A stretch of DNA of 64,000 nucleotides, taken from Octopus sinensis. Lineage: Eukaryota. Shown one piece after another: positions 63,947-64,000 of this stretch. Position 1 is the stretch's first letter, and every line of letters starts with the position of its first letter. Location: assembly GCF_006345805.1 (NCBI RefSeq), contig NC_043005.1, positions 43,710,001 to 43,774,000 of the forward strand. Reading direction: 5' to 3'. The notes beneath the pieces are model-generated. The model did no database searches and was not told the origin of the DNA. It was given only the letters and a program-made list of their open reading frames with translations. Both the position numbers and the translations under genes were made by a program.

Positions 63947-64000
63947 ATATAATAGCTTGCTGGATACTTCTTTTTCCATCTTCTGAAGGTATTTATCTGA

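Overview
This is AT-rich, repeat-saturated eukaryotic DNA, most likely an intronic or intergenic region of an octopus (coleoid cephalopod) genome. That assignment is inferred from recognisable octopus-type tRNA-derived SINEs with central microsatellites, (GAT)n-tailed retroelement ends and a very high microsatellite density. No intact multi-exon gene can be confidently called, and almost all ORFs in the supplied track are translations of simple repeats. The window holds dozens of SINE copies from several families and decayed non-LTR retrotransposon fragments (RTE, CR1/L2-like, Tx1/L1-like, R4/Dong-like RLE). It also holds a mariner transposase pseudogene, a Tc1/mariner DDE fragment, MITEs (mariner-, hAT- and piggyBac-like), a non-autonomous Helitron and Penelope-like termini. 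The most notable observations are (1) a structurally complete minimal type I hammerhead ribozyme at 17501-17546, (2) several long fold-back palindromes, including a chimeric one at 12546-12849, and (3) a 78-bp inverted-repeat element with an internal 495-bp duplication nested inside a SINE. Also notable are (4) a 26-bp minisatellite amplified from a retroelement motif and (5) weakly supported candidate microexons and exons on the minus strand. Family labels A-G are local to this report. Repeat boundaries are approximate unless a TSD or TIR fixes them.
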